Assembly: GCA_030613375.1 (NCBI GenBank)
Contig: JAUWMC010000003.1
Location: 1-48,867, forward strand
DNA length: 48,867 nucleotides
Reading direction: 5' to 3'
From: Candidatus Micrarchaeota archaeon
GTDB taxonomy: Archaea; Micrarchaeota; Micrarchaeia; Anstonellales; Bilamarchaeaceae
The translations under genes and the position numbers were made by a program. Positions 29,085-37,185 of this stretch are shown here, piece after piece. The stretch's first letter is position 1. Each line of letters opens with the position of its first letter. The notes below the pieces were generated by a model that searched no databases, was not told the DNA's origin, and was given only the letters and a program-made list of their open reading frames with translations.

Positions 29085-29720
29085 TCACATCACCTGGACC
29101 GCCTTGCCCATTGTGAGCTTTACATAAGCGGACTTTATGCTTGACGCACCAGTCTTATTCTTTATTGCATCATACACCGCTTCGACGTTTTCTACAAGCT
29201 TACTGGACTCCATTGCTTCAGAGCCAACCAGTGCCTGCGCAACCGGCATATACTTCCCTTTTGAAGTAAGGCGGATTGAACGTTTTGCAGCGTTGATTGC
29301 GTTTGCAGGATTTCCAACTATTGGTTTGGGCATCTTTCCCCTTACCGCTAGGAACTGACCAAAGTTCTTTGCAATTTGACCAAGAAGGTTAGGCTGAGTA
29401 AGGAATACAGATTCCTGCACAAGTATCTTGAGCTTGGGCTGGTCCTTCTTATATTCCAAAAACTGATCCACTGAAAGAACTGAGTCCGCACCTGCTTTTT
29501 TTGAGGCGGTTCCGACTTCACCATCAGCGATTACTACCACCTTGGGTTCCTTGTCCCCCTTTCCATTTGGAAGGGCAACATCGAGGTTCAGCCTGTTTTC
29601 CGGCTTCGAGAAATCAATACCCCTAAAGTTGAATATAATTTCAACTGACTGGGTAAATTTCCTGCTTCCTTTTTCCTTTAGCATCTCTTCGATGCCTGCA
29701 ACTAATTTCTTTTTATCCAT
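29085..29720 (-). CDS. rpl1: 50S ribosomal protein uL1
   Basis: RKFTQSVE..FNFRGID..KPENR, RGKMPKP and YVKLTMG. Confidence 0.96.
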   Translation of the reverse strand: MDKKKLVAGIEEMLKEKGSRKFTQSVEIIFNFRGIDFSKPENRLNLDVALPNGKGDKEPKVVVIADGEVGTASKKAGADSVLSVDQFLEYKKDQPKLKILVQESVFLTQPNLLGQIAKNFGQFLAVRGKMPKPIVGNPANAINAAKRSIRLTSKGKYMPVAQALVGSEAMESSKLVENVEAVYDAIKNKTGASSIKSAYVKLTMGKAVQVM

Positions 29721-29979
29721 TCAATCCCTCCTGCTACCAGCAGTACATGTGGGCAGAAATTGACTGTGTTATCCTAGTTGTATTATAGAAATATTTTTAA
29801 ACTTCCCTATTCTGCTTTTTAGGAGCCAAGAGATCTTATTGTGTTTATTAATGTTTATAACGGAGGTATTTATGGAAGACTGCGGGTTCAGCGATTGGAA
29901 GGAGGTCCTTAAGGAACCTTTAAAAACTCATATATAATAAAATAATGCCTACACGTCCGAATTTTGGGCAAGTGAGTAT

Positions 29980-30672
29980 ATGGTGAGCTTAGATAACGCG
30001 ATAATTGCTTCCTACAAAAAAGAAGGAAAGCATTTCGAACTTTATGTAGACCCGAAGAACACTTACCTTTACTTGGACGGAGGAAAAAAGGATCTCAAAA
30101 ATATACTTGTGGTGGAAGAGGTTTACGAGAACGCAAAAAAAGCGGAACGGGCGAAGAACGCGGACATCCAGAAAGCGTTCGGAACCACGGACATTATGGA
30201 GATCCTGGAAATTACCCTGAAAAAAGGAGATGTGCAACTTACCACCGAACAAAGAAAGAAGAAGGTGGGAGATAAGCGCAAGAAAATCATAGATATGATT
30301 TGCAGGGAAGCAATAGATGTGCGCACGAAGGCACCAATACCCCCGATACGCATTGAAAATGCGATGGAGGAGGTAAGGTTCCACGTGGATCCCTTCAGGG
30401 ACCCAAAAGAGCAGATGGATGATCTTCTCAAAAAGCTGAGGCCGTTGATTCCGATTAAGTTCGAAAAAATTCAGATCGCGGTGAAGATTCCTCCAGAATA
30501 TTCACATCGTGCTTATGGCACTTTGAAACTGTATGGAATAAAAAAAGAGCAATGGCTCAAGGATGGATACCTTATAGTTGCGGTTGAGATTCCTGCAGGA
30601 ATGCAGGGAGAATTCCTTGACAAAATGAACAAGCTGACGGCCGGACAGGTCGAGACAAAAAAAATTGAATAG
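29980..30672 (+). CDS. sdo1: Ribosome maturation factor SBDS/Sdo1
   Basis: G.HFELYVDP, FGTTD, KGDVQLTTEQR and PP.RIENAM. Confidence 0.95.
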   Translation: MVSLDNAIIASYKKEGKHFELYVDPKNTYLYLDGGKKDLKNILVVEEVYENAKKAERAKNADIQKAFGTTDIMEILEITLKKGDVQLTTEQRKKKVGDKRKKIIDMICREAIDVRTKAPIPPIRIENAMEEVRFHVDPFRDPKEQMDDLLKKLRPLIPIKFEKIQIAVKIPPEYSHRAYGTLKLYGIKKEQWLKDGYLIVAVEIPAGMQGEFLDKMNKLTAGQVETKKIE

Positions 30673-30680
30673 GTGATTGA

Positions 30681-31562
30681 TTGGAAAAGATTGTGATACC
30701 CGGAGAGATTATCTGGGAACAGGAAATGAGAGTTCCAAACACCGTAGTGGTGGATGGGAAAACTTATGCAACCGTTCTAGGAATGGTGCGGGAAGATAGG
30801 TTTATCCCCCTGGAACTTGTATACAGACCCAAGCCAGGGGACAATTTGGTTGGAGTAGTGACGGACGTTAGGCATTCGGGATATTCCGTAGACATTAATC
30901 TTCCTCACGGAGGCTTTATCAGCTCTAAATTTACTAGAGTAAGCTTCAAGCAGGGAGACCTTATCTTTGGGCGGATTAAATTCGCTGATGAGGTTGGAAA
31001 CGTAGATATTACGGATGCGAAGAGACTTCCTGCAGGAAAACTTGTAGATGTTCCAGCTTCTAAAGTACCGAGGATTATCGGGAAGAAAAGCAGTATGCTT
31101 AACGTAGTCCGGGATGGAACCGGTTGCTCTATTTTCGTAGGGAACAACGGCTATATCTGGATTGGAGGAAAAGGAAACCTTCAGCTTGCGCTCAAAACTC
31201 TTGATTTTATCATTGAGAATGCGCACAAACACGGGCTTACGGACAAGGTGGCTGAATATCTGAATGAACAGGGTGGAAACGTAACGGTTCCTCCAAGGGA
31301 AGAAGCTGCTCCAGCAGCACCTGCTCCTACTGAGGAAAGGGCTCCTGAGCCTGCAGAGGTAAGCGGATTAGGTGCGCCTGTAGAAGAGACTCCAGACCCG
31401 GCAAAAGAGCCGATTACTGAAGACCCTGCACAGGTTTCTGAAGGAGAGCCTGTAGTTGAGCCTCCTAGGGCTGAAGCGCCTGAAGAAAGTGATAATCCCC
31501 TGATGAAGGGTGGATCCGGAATTCCGGAAAAGAAAGACAAAATTGATGTTGATGAGATGTGA
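30681..31562 (+). CDS. rrp4: Exosome cap subunit Rrp4 with acidic Pro-rich C-terminal extension
   Basis: IVIPGE, Y.P..GD..VG.V, S1 domain and KH motif KVPRIIGKK.SM...VGNNG.IW; TTG start with GGTGA SD. Confidence 0.92.
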   Translation: MEKIVIPGEIIWEQEMRVPNTVVVDGKTYATVLGMVREDRFIPLELVYRPKPGDNLVGVVTDVRHSGYSVDINLPHGGFISSKFTRVSFKQGDLIFGRIKFADEVGNVDITDAKRLPAGKLVDVPASKVPRIIGKKSSMLNVVRDGTGCSIFVGNNGYIWIGGKGNLQLALKTLDFIIENAHKHGLTDKVAEYLNEQGGNVTVPPREEAAPAAPAPTEERAPEPAEVSGLGAPVEETPDPAKEPITEDPAQVSEGEPVVEPPRAEAPEESDNPLMKGGSGIPEKKDKIDVDEM

Positions 31563-31566
31563 TAGA

Positions 31567-32301
31567 ATGGAAAAGCCAGAATTAATTAAAGATGGAAAAA
31601 GGCTTGATGGAAGAGGCCCCAAGGACCTGAGGTCCGTAAGAATTGAAGCGGGCGTGCTTAAGGAAGCACAAGGCTCTGCACTAGTAGAGTGGGGCGGAAA
31701 CAAGGTTATTGCAGGTGTGTATGGACCTAGAGAATGCATTCCCAAACATGGAGCTGACCCTTACAAGGCAAAGCTCAAGGTAAGGTACATGATGACACCT
31801 TTCTGCTCAAAGGGAGAGCACTCAAGAAGCGGACCTAATAGAAGGAGTATTGAAATCTCCAAGGTAATGAGGGAAGCATTTGAGCCGGTTGTAATGACCA
31901 AAAATTTCCCAAGGAGTCAGATCGAAGTGTATGTTGAAGTAATACAGGCAGAAGGAGGAACAAGAGTTGCTTCGCTTACTGCAGCTGCAGTTGCGCTTGC
32001 TGATGCAGGAATTCCTATGACTGACATGGTTTCTGCAATTGCTGTAGGAAAACTAGATGGTCAGCTTGTAGTGGACCTGGGCAAGGACGAAGACAATTAT
32101 GGAGAGTCTGATGTGCCTATGGCAATTACCCACAGGGACAAGCAAATTGTGCTTCTGCAGATGGACGGCCTTCTTACTAGGGAAGAACTTGCCCAGAGCC
32201 TTGATGATGGGATTGAGGGTGCAGACAAGGTGTATGAGCTGCAGGCTGAAGCGCTCAAGAAATCCTATGAAAAAGAAGAGCGGGGGAAGCTGAATCTTTG
32301 A
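31567..32301 (+). CDS. rrp41: Exosome exonuclease Rrp41
   Basis: RLDGR, GSA..EWG.NK..AGVYGPRE, RRSIEISK, QAEGGTR, and EDNYGESD.P. Confidence 0.95.
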   Translation: MEKPELIKDGKRLDGRGPKDLRSVRIEAGVLKEAQGSALVEWGGNKVIAGVYGPRECIPKHGADPYKAKLKVRYMMTPFCSKGEHSRSGPNRRSIEISKVMREAFEPVVMTKNFPRSQIEVYVEVIQAEGGTRVASLTAAAVALADAGIPMTDMVSAIAVGKLDGQLVVDLGKDEDNYGESDVPMAITHRDKQIVLLQMDGLLTREELAQSLDDGIEGADKVYELQAEALKKSYEKEERGKLNL

Positions 32302-32311
32302 GGTGATTTTT

Positions 32312-33100
32312 ATGGGAGAAGAAACAAAAACCAAAATTCTTCGTGAAGTAAGGAAAGATTTCCTTCAGGAATTGCTTGCAAAAGGCAAGAGGTTCGATGA
32401 GAGGGAGTTGAATGAGTGGAGGCCTGTAAATGTGGATAAGGGAGTACTCCCGAACGCAGAAGGGTCTGCACTTGGAGAGATTGGAGGTACTAAGGTACTT
32501 GCAGCAGTAAAGTTTGATGTGATGACTCCGTTCTCCGATAGGCCGGAAGAGGGAGTGTTCATGACCGGGGCAGAATTCGTTCCGTTCGCATCCCCCGAGT
32601 TTGAGGCTGGGCCCCCAAGGGAAAACGCAATTGAGTTTGCGCGTGTAGTTGACAGGGGAATCAGGAGTTCGGAAGTAATCAATGTGAAAAATTTCTTCAT
32701 TGAAGAAGGGAAAGTACTCGGATTGTTCCTGGACCTTTGGGTATTGGACAATACAGGAAATCTTATGGATACCGGTGCACTTGCAGCTTGCGCTGCACTT
32801 CTTGATGCAAAAGTTCCGAAGATTGAAGATGGAAAGCTTATCCGGGAAGAAAGTTCCGGTGGGCTGAACATGAAGTACAAGCCTCTTAATACGAGCTTCA
32901 TAAAAGTAGGAAACAAATTCCTGATGGACCCATCCAAGGATGAGGAATATGCAAGGGACCTTCGATTTACAATTGGAAGCGTGGAAGGATTGATTACAAG
33001 CATACAGAAATCCGGGGATTCTGGGTTAAGCAAGGATGATGTAATGAACCTTGTAGACATTGCATTTGAAAAATCAGATGAACTGAGGAAATACCTATAG
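32312..33100 (+). CDS. rrp42: Exosome subunit Rrp42
   Basis: GKRFDER, AEGSA, P.FEAGPP.E.AIE.ARVVDRGIR and GNL.D. Confidence 0.95.
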   Translation: MGEETKTKILREVRKDFLQELLAKGKRFDERELNEWRPVNVDKGVLPNAEGSALGEIGGTKVLAAVKFDVMTPFSDRPEEGVFMTGAEFVPFASPEFEAGPPRENAIEFARVVDRGIRSSEVINVKNFFIEEGKVLGLFLDLWVLDNTGNLMDTGALAACAALLDAKVPKIEDGKLIREESSGGLNMKYKPLNTSFIKVGNKFLMDPSKDEEYARDLRFTIGSVEGLITSIQKSGDSGLSKDDVMNLVDIAFEKSDELRKYL

Positions 33101-33106
33101 GTGGTT

Positions 33107-33346
33107 ATGATGAAGTGTCCAAGATATGGAAGAAGGATTAGGAAACTTGTAGGAGCTGCAACAAAGAAGAAAAATGCATTTTATGAGTGTCCTAAATGCA
33201 GAAAGAAATCCGTAAAAAGGATTTCCTATGCACTCTGGAAGTGCAACTCTTGCAACGCAAAGATTGCAGGCGGAGCATACAGCCTGAGCACCCCTGGTGG
33301 AGAAACCGCAAGGAGGATGCTCGCAAAGGAAGAAACAGGTGAATAG
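33107..33346 (+). CDS. rpl37ae: 50S ribosomal protein eL43 (L37Ae)
   Basis: RYG..IRK, CPKC..CNSC zinc ribbon and AGGAY; canonical position after rrp42. Confidence 0.93.
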   Translation: MMKCPRYGRRIRKLVGAATKKKNAFYECPKCRKKSVKRISYALWKCNSCNAKIAGGAYSLSTPGGETARRMLAKEETGE

Positions 33347-33484
33347 ATGGGAGAATATAGAGAATGGGAAACCGGAAACAAGGTAATAATTTCCAGCCTG
33401 AAGACTTTTGAGTTCCCCTCCACGGGAGCAAAGGTTTTGTTCAAGGCAAGGCCCCCTATTGCGAAAGAGATGGGAACGGATTAG
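33347..33484 (+). CDS. rpoP: RNA polymerase subunit Rpo12 (RpoP), Cys-less variant; absent from the supplied ORF track
   Basis: 45-aa ORF MGEYREWETGNKVIISSLKTFEFPSTGAKVLFKARPPIAKEMGTD with AGGTGA SD, in the canonical rpl37ae-rpoP slot. It keeps Y..(C)..(C)G, P..G.K(I/V)LFK.RP and a basic tail. Confidence 0.82.
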   Translation: MGEYREWETGNKVIISSLKTFEFPSTGAKVLFKARPPIAKEMGTD

Positions 33485-33491
33485 GAAATTT

Positions 33492-33722
33492 ATGGAATGT
33501 GTGGGAAAACTAAGGTTTTCTTTTCCAAGTGCAAAGAAGGCACTTGAGGCGAAGAAGGCTTTAGGAAAGGGGGGTCCCAAAACCGAGCGTTCAAAAGTGA
33601 ATGTTTCGGTTAAGGGAAAACAATTGGTTGTGGAAATTTCTGCAACCGATACGGTAGCACTTCGGGCTGCGATGAATACGTACCTGAGGCACATGAAGGT
33701 TATTGAAGAATTAGGTGTTTAA
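33492..33722 (+). CDS. pcc1: KEOPS complex subunit Pcc1
   Basis: F.S...A.....AL, RS.V and I.A.D..ALRAA.N.YLR; canonical position before pfdB. Confidence 0.88.
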   Translation: MECVGKLRFSFPSAKKALEAKKALGKGGPKTERSKVNVSVKGKQLVVEISATDTVALRAAMNTYLRHMKVIEELGV

Positions 33723-33723
33723 G

Positions 33724-34077
33724 ATGGCGGAAAAAGAAGATATTCAGAAGGAAATTGTAAGGCTGCAGAATTTTGAAAGGCAAATGCAGGCAGTGCTTAT
33801 GCAGAGGCAGCAGGTTCAGATTCAGCTCGGGGAAATCGGGCTTGCGCTGGAAGAGCTTGAAAAGGCAAAGGATAAGGAAGATGTTTACAAAACGATTGGA
33901 AACATCATGATAAAGACTACTGCTAAGGATGCAAAAACAGACCTTGAAGAAAAGAAGATACTCATGGCGAGCAGAATGAAGACGCTTGAAGGGCAGGAGG
34001 AGAAACTCCGCGCTGAACTTGTAAGGCTTCAGAAAAAGCTTCAGGAAGAAATGGGTTCTTCTGATGAAGAAGCTTAA
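33724..34077 (+). CDS. pfdB: Prefoldin beta subunit
   Basis: Coiled coil - ALEEL...VYK.IG.IMIK hairpin - coiled coil. Confidence 0.93.
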   Translation: MAEKEDIQKEIVRLQNFERQMQAVLMQRQQVQIQLGEIGLALEELEKAKDKEDVYKTIGNIMIKTTAKDAKTDLEEKKILMASRMKTLEGQEEKLRAELVRLQKKLQEEMGSSDEEA

Positions 34078-35017
34078 GGAAGAGTTTAACTCTTTTCTTG
34101 AAAAATACAAAGATTCAAAACTGGTCATAACTAGCCATTCAAATTTTGATTTGGATGCGCTTTGCAGCTGCATTGCGATAAAGAGCGTTTTGCCCAATGC
34201 GGTGATGGCGCTTCCCGACAAGATGGATGCACCAGCGAAAGCTTTTGCAGATTCTCTTGGGCTCAGGCTGGAAGAGCTTGGAAAGCTCAATAAGGAAGAG
34301 TATGAAGGATTGGTGGTTGTGGATTGTGCTACTTCTGTTCTTCTTGGAGAAGGAAAAGATTGGGAGATTAAATTGATTGTAGACCATCACCATAAATCCG
34401 AAAACCCTCTTTCTGCGGAAACATTTCTTCAGGATGAGGATGCTCCATCTACTGCGGAAATGTTTGGGGAGATTCTTCCTGAGGTTTCTGCGGATGTTGC
34501 ATTCGTGCTTGGGGTTGCAATTATTTCGGATACTGCGCGGTTTAAGTCCGCACGGGCGCATACTTTTGAGGTTCTTGCAAAGATGATTGAGAAATCAGGG
34601 AAAAAGTATCCTGAGTTTTTGGTAAATGCGGAGCCTGAAGTGGATTTGGAGAATAAATTGAATGTGCTGGAAGCGTTCAAGAACATGAGGATTCAGATGC
34701 ATGGAGGATATGTAGTAGTTACAGCCGTGGTGCCTGCGCATGAGTCTTTAGTTTCTTCTTCGCTTTCGGAATTGGCGGATATTGCATTTGTAGCGAAATG
34801 GAAAAACGAAGTTTCGGAAAGCAGGGTTTCCTCGCGTGCAAGGAAACACGTTCCAATCATGCTTAATGATGTAATGAAAGAGGCTGCGGAAGAGCTTGGA
34901 GGGGGAGGGGGAGGCCATCCTAAAGCGGCTGGATGCTCCTCAAAAGCAAGACCGGGCGAAACTCTTGATAAATGTATTGAAGTATTAATTAGAAAAATAG
35001 ATGAGGTGAAAAAATGA
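34064..35017 (+). CDS. DHH-family phosphoesterase
   Basis: H.N.D.DA..S, VVD, IVDHH, SDT..F and DHHA1 GGGGHPKAAG. Confidence 0.92.
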   Translation: MKKLKEEFNSFLEKYKDSKLVITSHSNFDLDALCSCIAIKSVLPNAVMALPDKMDAPAKAFADSLGLRLEELGKLNKEEYEGLVVVDCATSVLLGEGKDWEIKLIVDHHHKSENPLSAETFLQDEDAPSTAEMFGEILPEVSADVAFVLGVAIISDTARFKSARAHTFEVLAKMIEKSGKKYPEFLVNAEPEVDLENKLNVLEAFKNMRIQMHGGYVVVTAVVPAHESLVSSSLSELADIAFVAKWKNEVSESRVSSRARKHVPIMLNDVMKEAAEELGGGGGGHPKAAGCSSKARPGETLDKCIEVLIRKIDEVKK

Positions 35018-36012
35018 AGCAAGTTCTTGTGGGTGGACAGTACGGAGATGAAGGAAAGGGTAAGATTTCTTCTTACATCGCGATTAAGGATTCGCCTGAG
35101 ATTGTGGCCCGCGGAGGAGTTGGGCCAAATGCAGGGCATAAGGTTCTCTATGAGGGAAAATGGTATTCACTTAGGATGCTTCCCTCAGGGTTTGTAAATC
35201 AGAATTCTCAGGTTATGATTGGTGCAGGAGTATCCGTAGATCCAGAAGTGTTCATGAAAGAAATTGAGATGACTAATACTGAGGGGAGAGTATTTGTAGA
35301 TAAACGATGCACACTGATTACTTCTAAACACAAAGAAGAGGATGCTGCAGCTGCACTAAGCAAAAAGATTGGAACTACAAAAACCGGTTGCGGGCCATCA
35401 GTAACTTCTCGTGCACGCAGGGATGCAATCCTTATGCAGGATGTACCTGAGATGCAGAAGTATGTGGTAGATGTTGCAGATGCGGTACAGAAGGCAAAGG
35501 ATGTGTTCGTTGAGGGCTCTCAAGGTTTCATGCTTTCTTGTTTATATGGAACTTATCCGTTTGTAACTTCAAAGGATGTTTCGGCTTCTACAATGGCTGC
35601 GGATGTTGGGCTTGGACCTACAAAAATCGACCAGGTAATTATGGTTATTAAGGCTTATACTACCCGTGTGGGAAATGGTCCATTCCCTGAAGAGATGGAA
35701 GTTGAGGATGCGATTAAGCTGAACTTCCAGGAATATGGAACTGTTACGGGAAGACCAAGGAGAACCTCTCCTGAATTGCACTGGGACGACCTGAACTTTG
35801 CAGCAAATGTGAATGGAGCGACCCAGATTGCTGTTACGAAAGTGGATATCCGCTTCCCTGGAAACGAAGGGAAAACCAAGTTTGAGGACCTTAGTGTGGA
35901 ATCTCGCATGTTCATAGATCAGATTGAGGCAAAATTAGGAATTCCTGTTACACTTATCGGAACTGGCCCTGATTCAAAGCACATCATTGACCGCAGGGAC
36001 AAGATGCTCTAG
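35014..36012 (+). CDS. purA: Adenylosuccinate synthetase (short archaeal type)
   Basis: GGQYGDEGKGK, GPNAGH, EGSQG, GTYPFVTS and EYGTVTGRPRR. Confidence 0.96.
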   Translation: MKQVLVGGQYGDEGKGKISSYIAIKDSPEIVARGGVGPNAGHKVLYEGKWYSLRMLPSGFVNQNSQVMIGAGVSVDPEVFMKEIEMTNTEGRVFVDKRCTLITSKHKEEDAAAALSKKIGTTKTGCGPSVTSRARRDAILMQDVPEMQKYVVDVADAVQKAKDVFVEGSQGFMLSCLYGTYPFVTSKDVSASTMAADVGLGPTKIDQVIMVIKAYTTRVGNGPFPEEMEVEDAIKLNFQEYGTVTGRPRRTSPELHWDDLNFAANVNGATQIAVTKVDIRFPGNEGKTKFEDLSVESRMFIDQIEAKLGIPVTLIGTGPDSKHIIDRRDKML

Positions 36013-36018
36013 AATAGG

Positions 36019-36040
36019 TTTAAATAGTATAGCGTACTAT
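36019..36040 (+). promoter_or_regulatory. TATA box plus palindromic operator of the relBE-like pair
   Basis: TTTAAA at 36019 (30 nt before ATG) followed by ATAGTA-tagcg-TACTAT; an extra TACTAT half-site lies at 36045-36050. Confidence 0.65.
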
Positions 36041-36048
36041 AGACTACT

Positions 36049-36270
36049 ATGGCAAATACTTCCATTCAAGTTTCGGAAAAACTTTTGGAAAAACTCAAAA
36101 AAAGGAAACTTTACGAGCGGGAAACATACGAGGAGGTAATTGAAGACCTTCTTGCAGATGTTTCTGAGCTTTCTGAAGAAACTAAAAGGTCCCTGGCAAG
36201 AGCAGAAAAAGATGTAAAAGCAGGTCGAGTGCACAACCTTGACTCAATCAAAAAGGAGTTCGGACTCTGA
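36049..36270 (+). CDS. Antitoxin (RHH-like N-terminus) of a RelE-type TA pair
   Basis: TSIQVS...L.KL..RK....ETYEEVI..L, then LSEET...L..A..D.K.GR....D.IKKE; TGATG coupling to the toxin. Confidence 0.85.
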   Translation: MANTSIQVSEKLLEKLKKRKLYERETYEEVIEDLLADVSELSEETKRSLARAEKDVKAGRVHNLDSIKKEFGL

Positions 36271-36530
36271 TGTATTCTGTGGGCTTTTCTGAAGAAGCTA
36301 AGAAGATTTTCTCTAAAATGAATAAAGAAGACCAGACACGGATAGTTTCGGCTTTAGAACGGAGCCGCATACGGCCCGAGCATTTCCTAAAAAGGCTTGT
36401 TGGACACCCATATCACAGCCTGAGGGTGGGGGACCAAAGGCTCATAATCAATGTAAAAGTCGAGGAGGATACATTACTAGTAATGACAATCGAGCATCGC
36501 AAAAAGTCCTACAAACGATTACCAAAATGA
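36270..36530 (+). CDS. relE: RelE/ParE-family toxin
   Basis: Y.V.FS..A.K...K, KRL.G, LRVGD.R.I and I.HRK..Y. Confidence 0.88.
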   Translation: MYSVGFSEEAKKIFSKMNKEDQTRIVSALERSRIRPEHFLKRLVGHPYHSLRVGDQRLIINVKVEEDTLLVMTIEHRKKSYKRLPK

Positions 36531-36572
36531 AGAAGGGTTTTTATTTTCTTTTCTTCTTTAATTTCCAACCAT

Positions 36573-36657
36573 GCCGAGATGGCAGAACCCGGTTAATGCG
36601 CCAGACTTGAGATCTGGTGTCCTTCGGGACATGGGAGTTCAAATCTCTCTCTCGGCG
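36573..36657 (+). tRNA. tRNA-Ser(UGA), CCA not encoded
   Basis: Acceptor GCCGAGA/TCTCGGC, anticodon arm CCAGA-CT-TGA-GA-TCTGG, long variable arm TGTCC-TTCG-GGACA, T-loop TTCAAAT, G discriminator. Confidence 0.95.
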
Positions 36658-36748
36658 AAATTTTTTTCTGCTGGTGTACTCAGGTAGTAAAAATTTCTGT
36701 AAAAACATAACCCGCGTTAAGCTACTCCTCTGTTTACGCTACTTCTTT

Positions 36749-37111
36749 CTAAGATGAATTTGCCAGGCTGGCACTCATCTCCTGCAATTCACTATTTATT
36801 GGAATATTGAATATTCCTTCAAGAATTAAATTGATGAGTATCCATTTGAGGATCATGAAGATAATCAGGTATGCAACCAGGATAATTACCCACTTTGCCC
36901 ACCCTGGAAGATGTTCGTACGCAGGATAGTGGTTCAGGAGCTTCACCTCAACGTAGTTCTTTACATTGATAAAGCGGATAAGGAAGATGATTTCGAAGAA
37001 CATGAACAAGGTAAGGGAGATAAACCCTTCAAAATAGAAAAAGGATATGATTGCTGAGAGCAGGATAAAGCGAATGATATTGCCTTTGCTGAAATTAAAG
37101 AACTGTTTCAT
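36749..37111 (-). CDS. Small membrane hypothetical protein
   Basis: About 120 aa with three hydrophobic segments. Confidence 0.65.
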   Translation of the reverse strand: MKQFFNFSKGNIIRFILLSAIISFFYFEGFISLTLFMFFEIIFLIRFINVKNYVEVKLLNHYPAYEHLPGWAKWVIILVAYLIIFMILKWILINLILEGIFNIPINSELQEMSASLANSS

Positions 37112-37185
37112 AGGTACCAAATATCAAAGAACAAATAAAAGGATGTTTGAGGATGTTCGCTTATCCGAGGAATCGTGCGAAGATC

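Noticed and set aside
33408-33491. N-terminal extension of the Pcc1 ORF in the supplied track
   Set aside because: Overlaps the Rpo12 ORF in another frame; Pcc1 homology starts at ATG 33492.
36573-36657. Possible tRNA-Sec or suppressor because of TGA in the loop and a long variable arm
   Set aside because: Anticodon UGA reads the UCA Ser codon; the 7-bp acceptor, 5-bp T-stem and G73 fit an ordinary tRNA-Ser.
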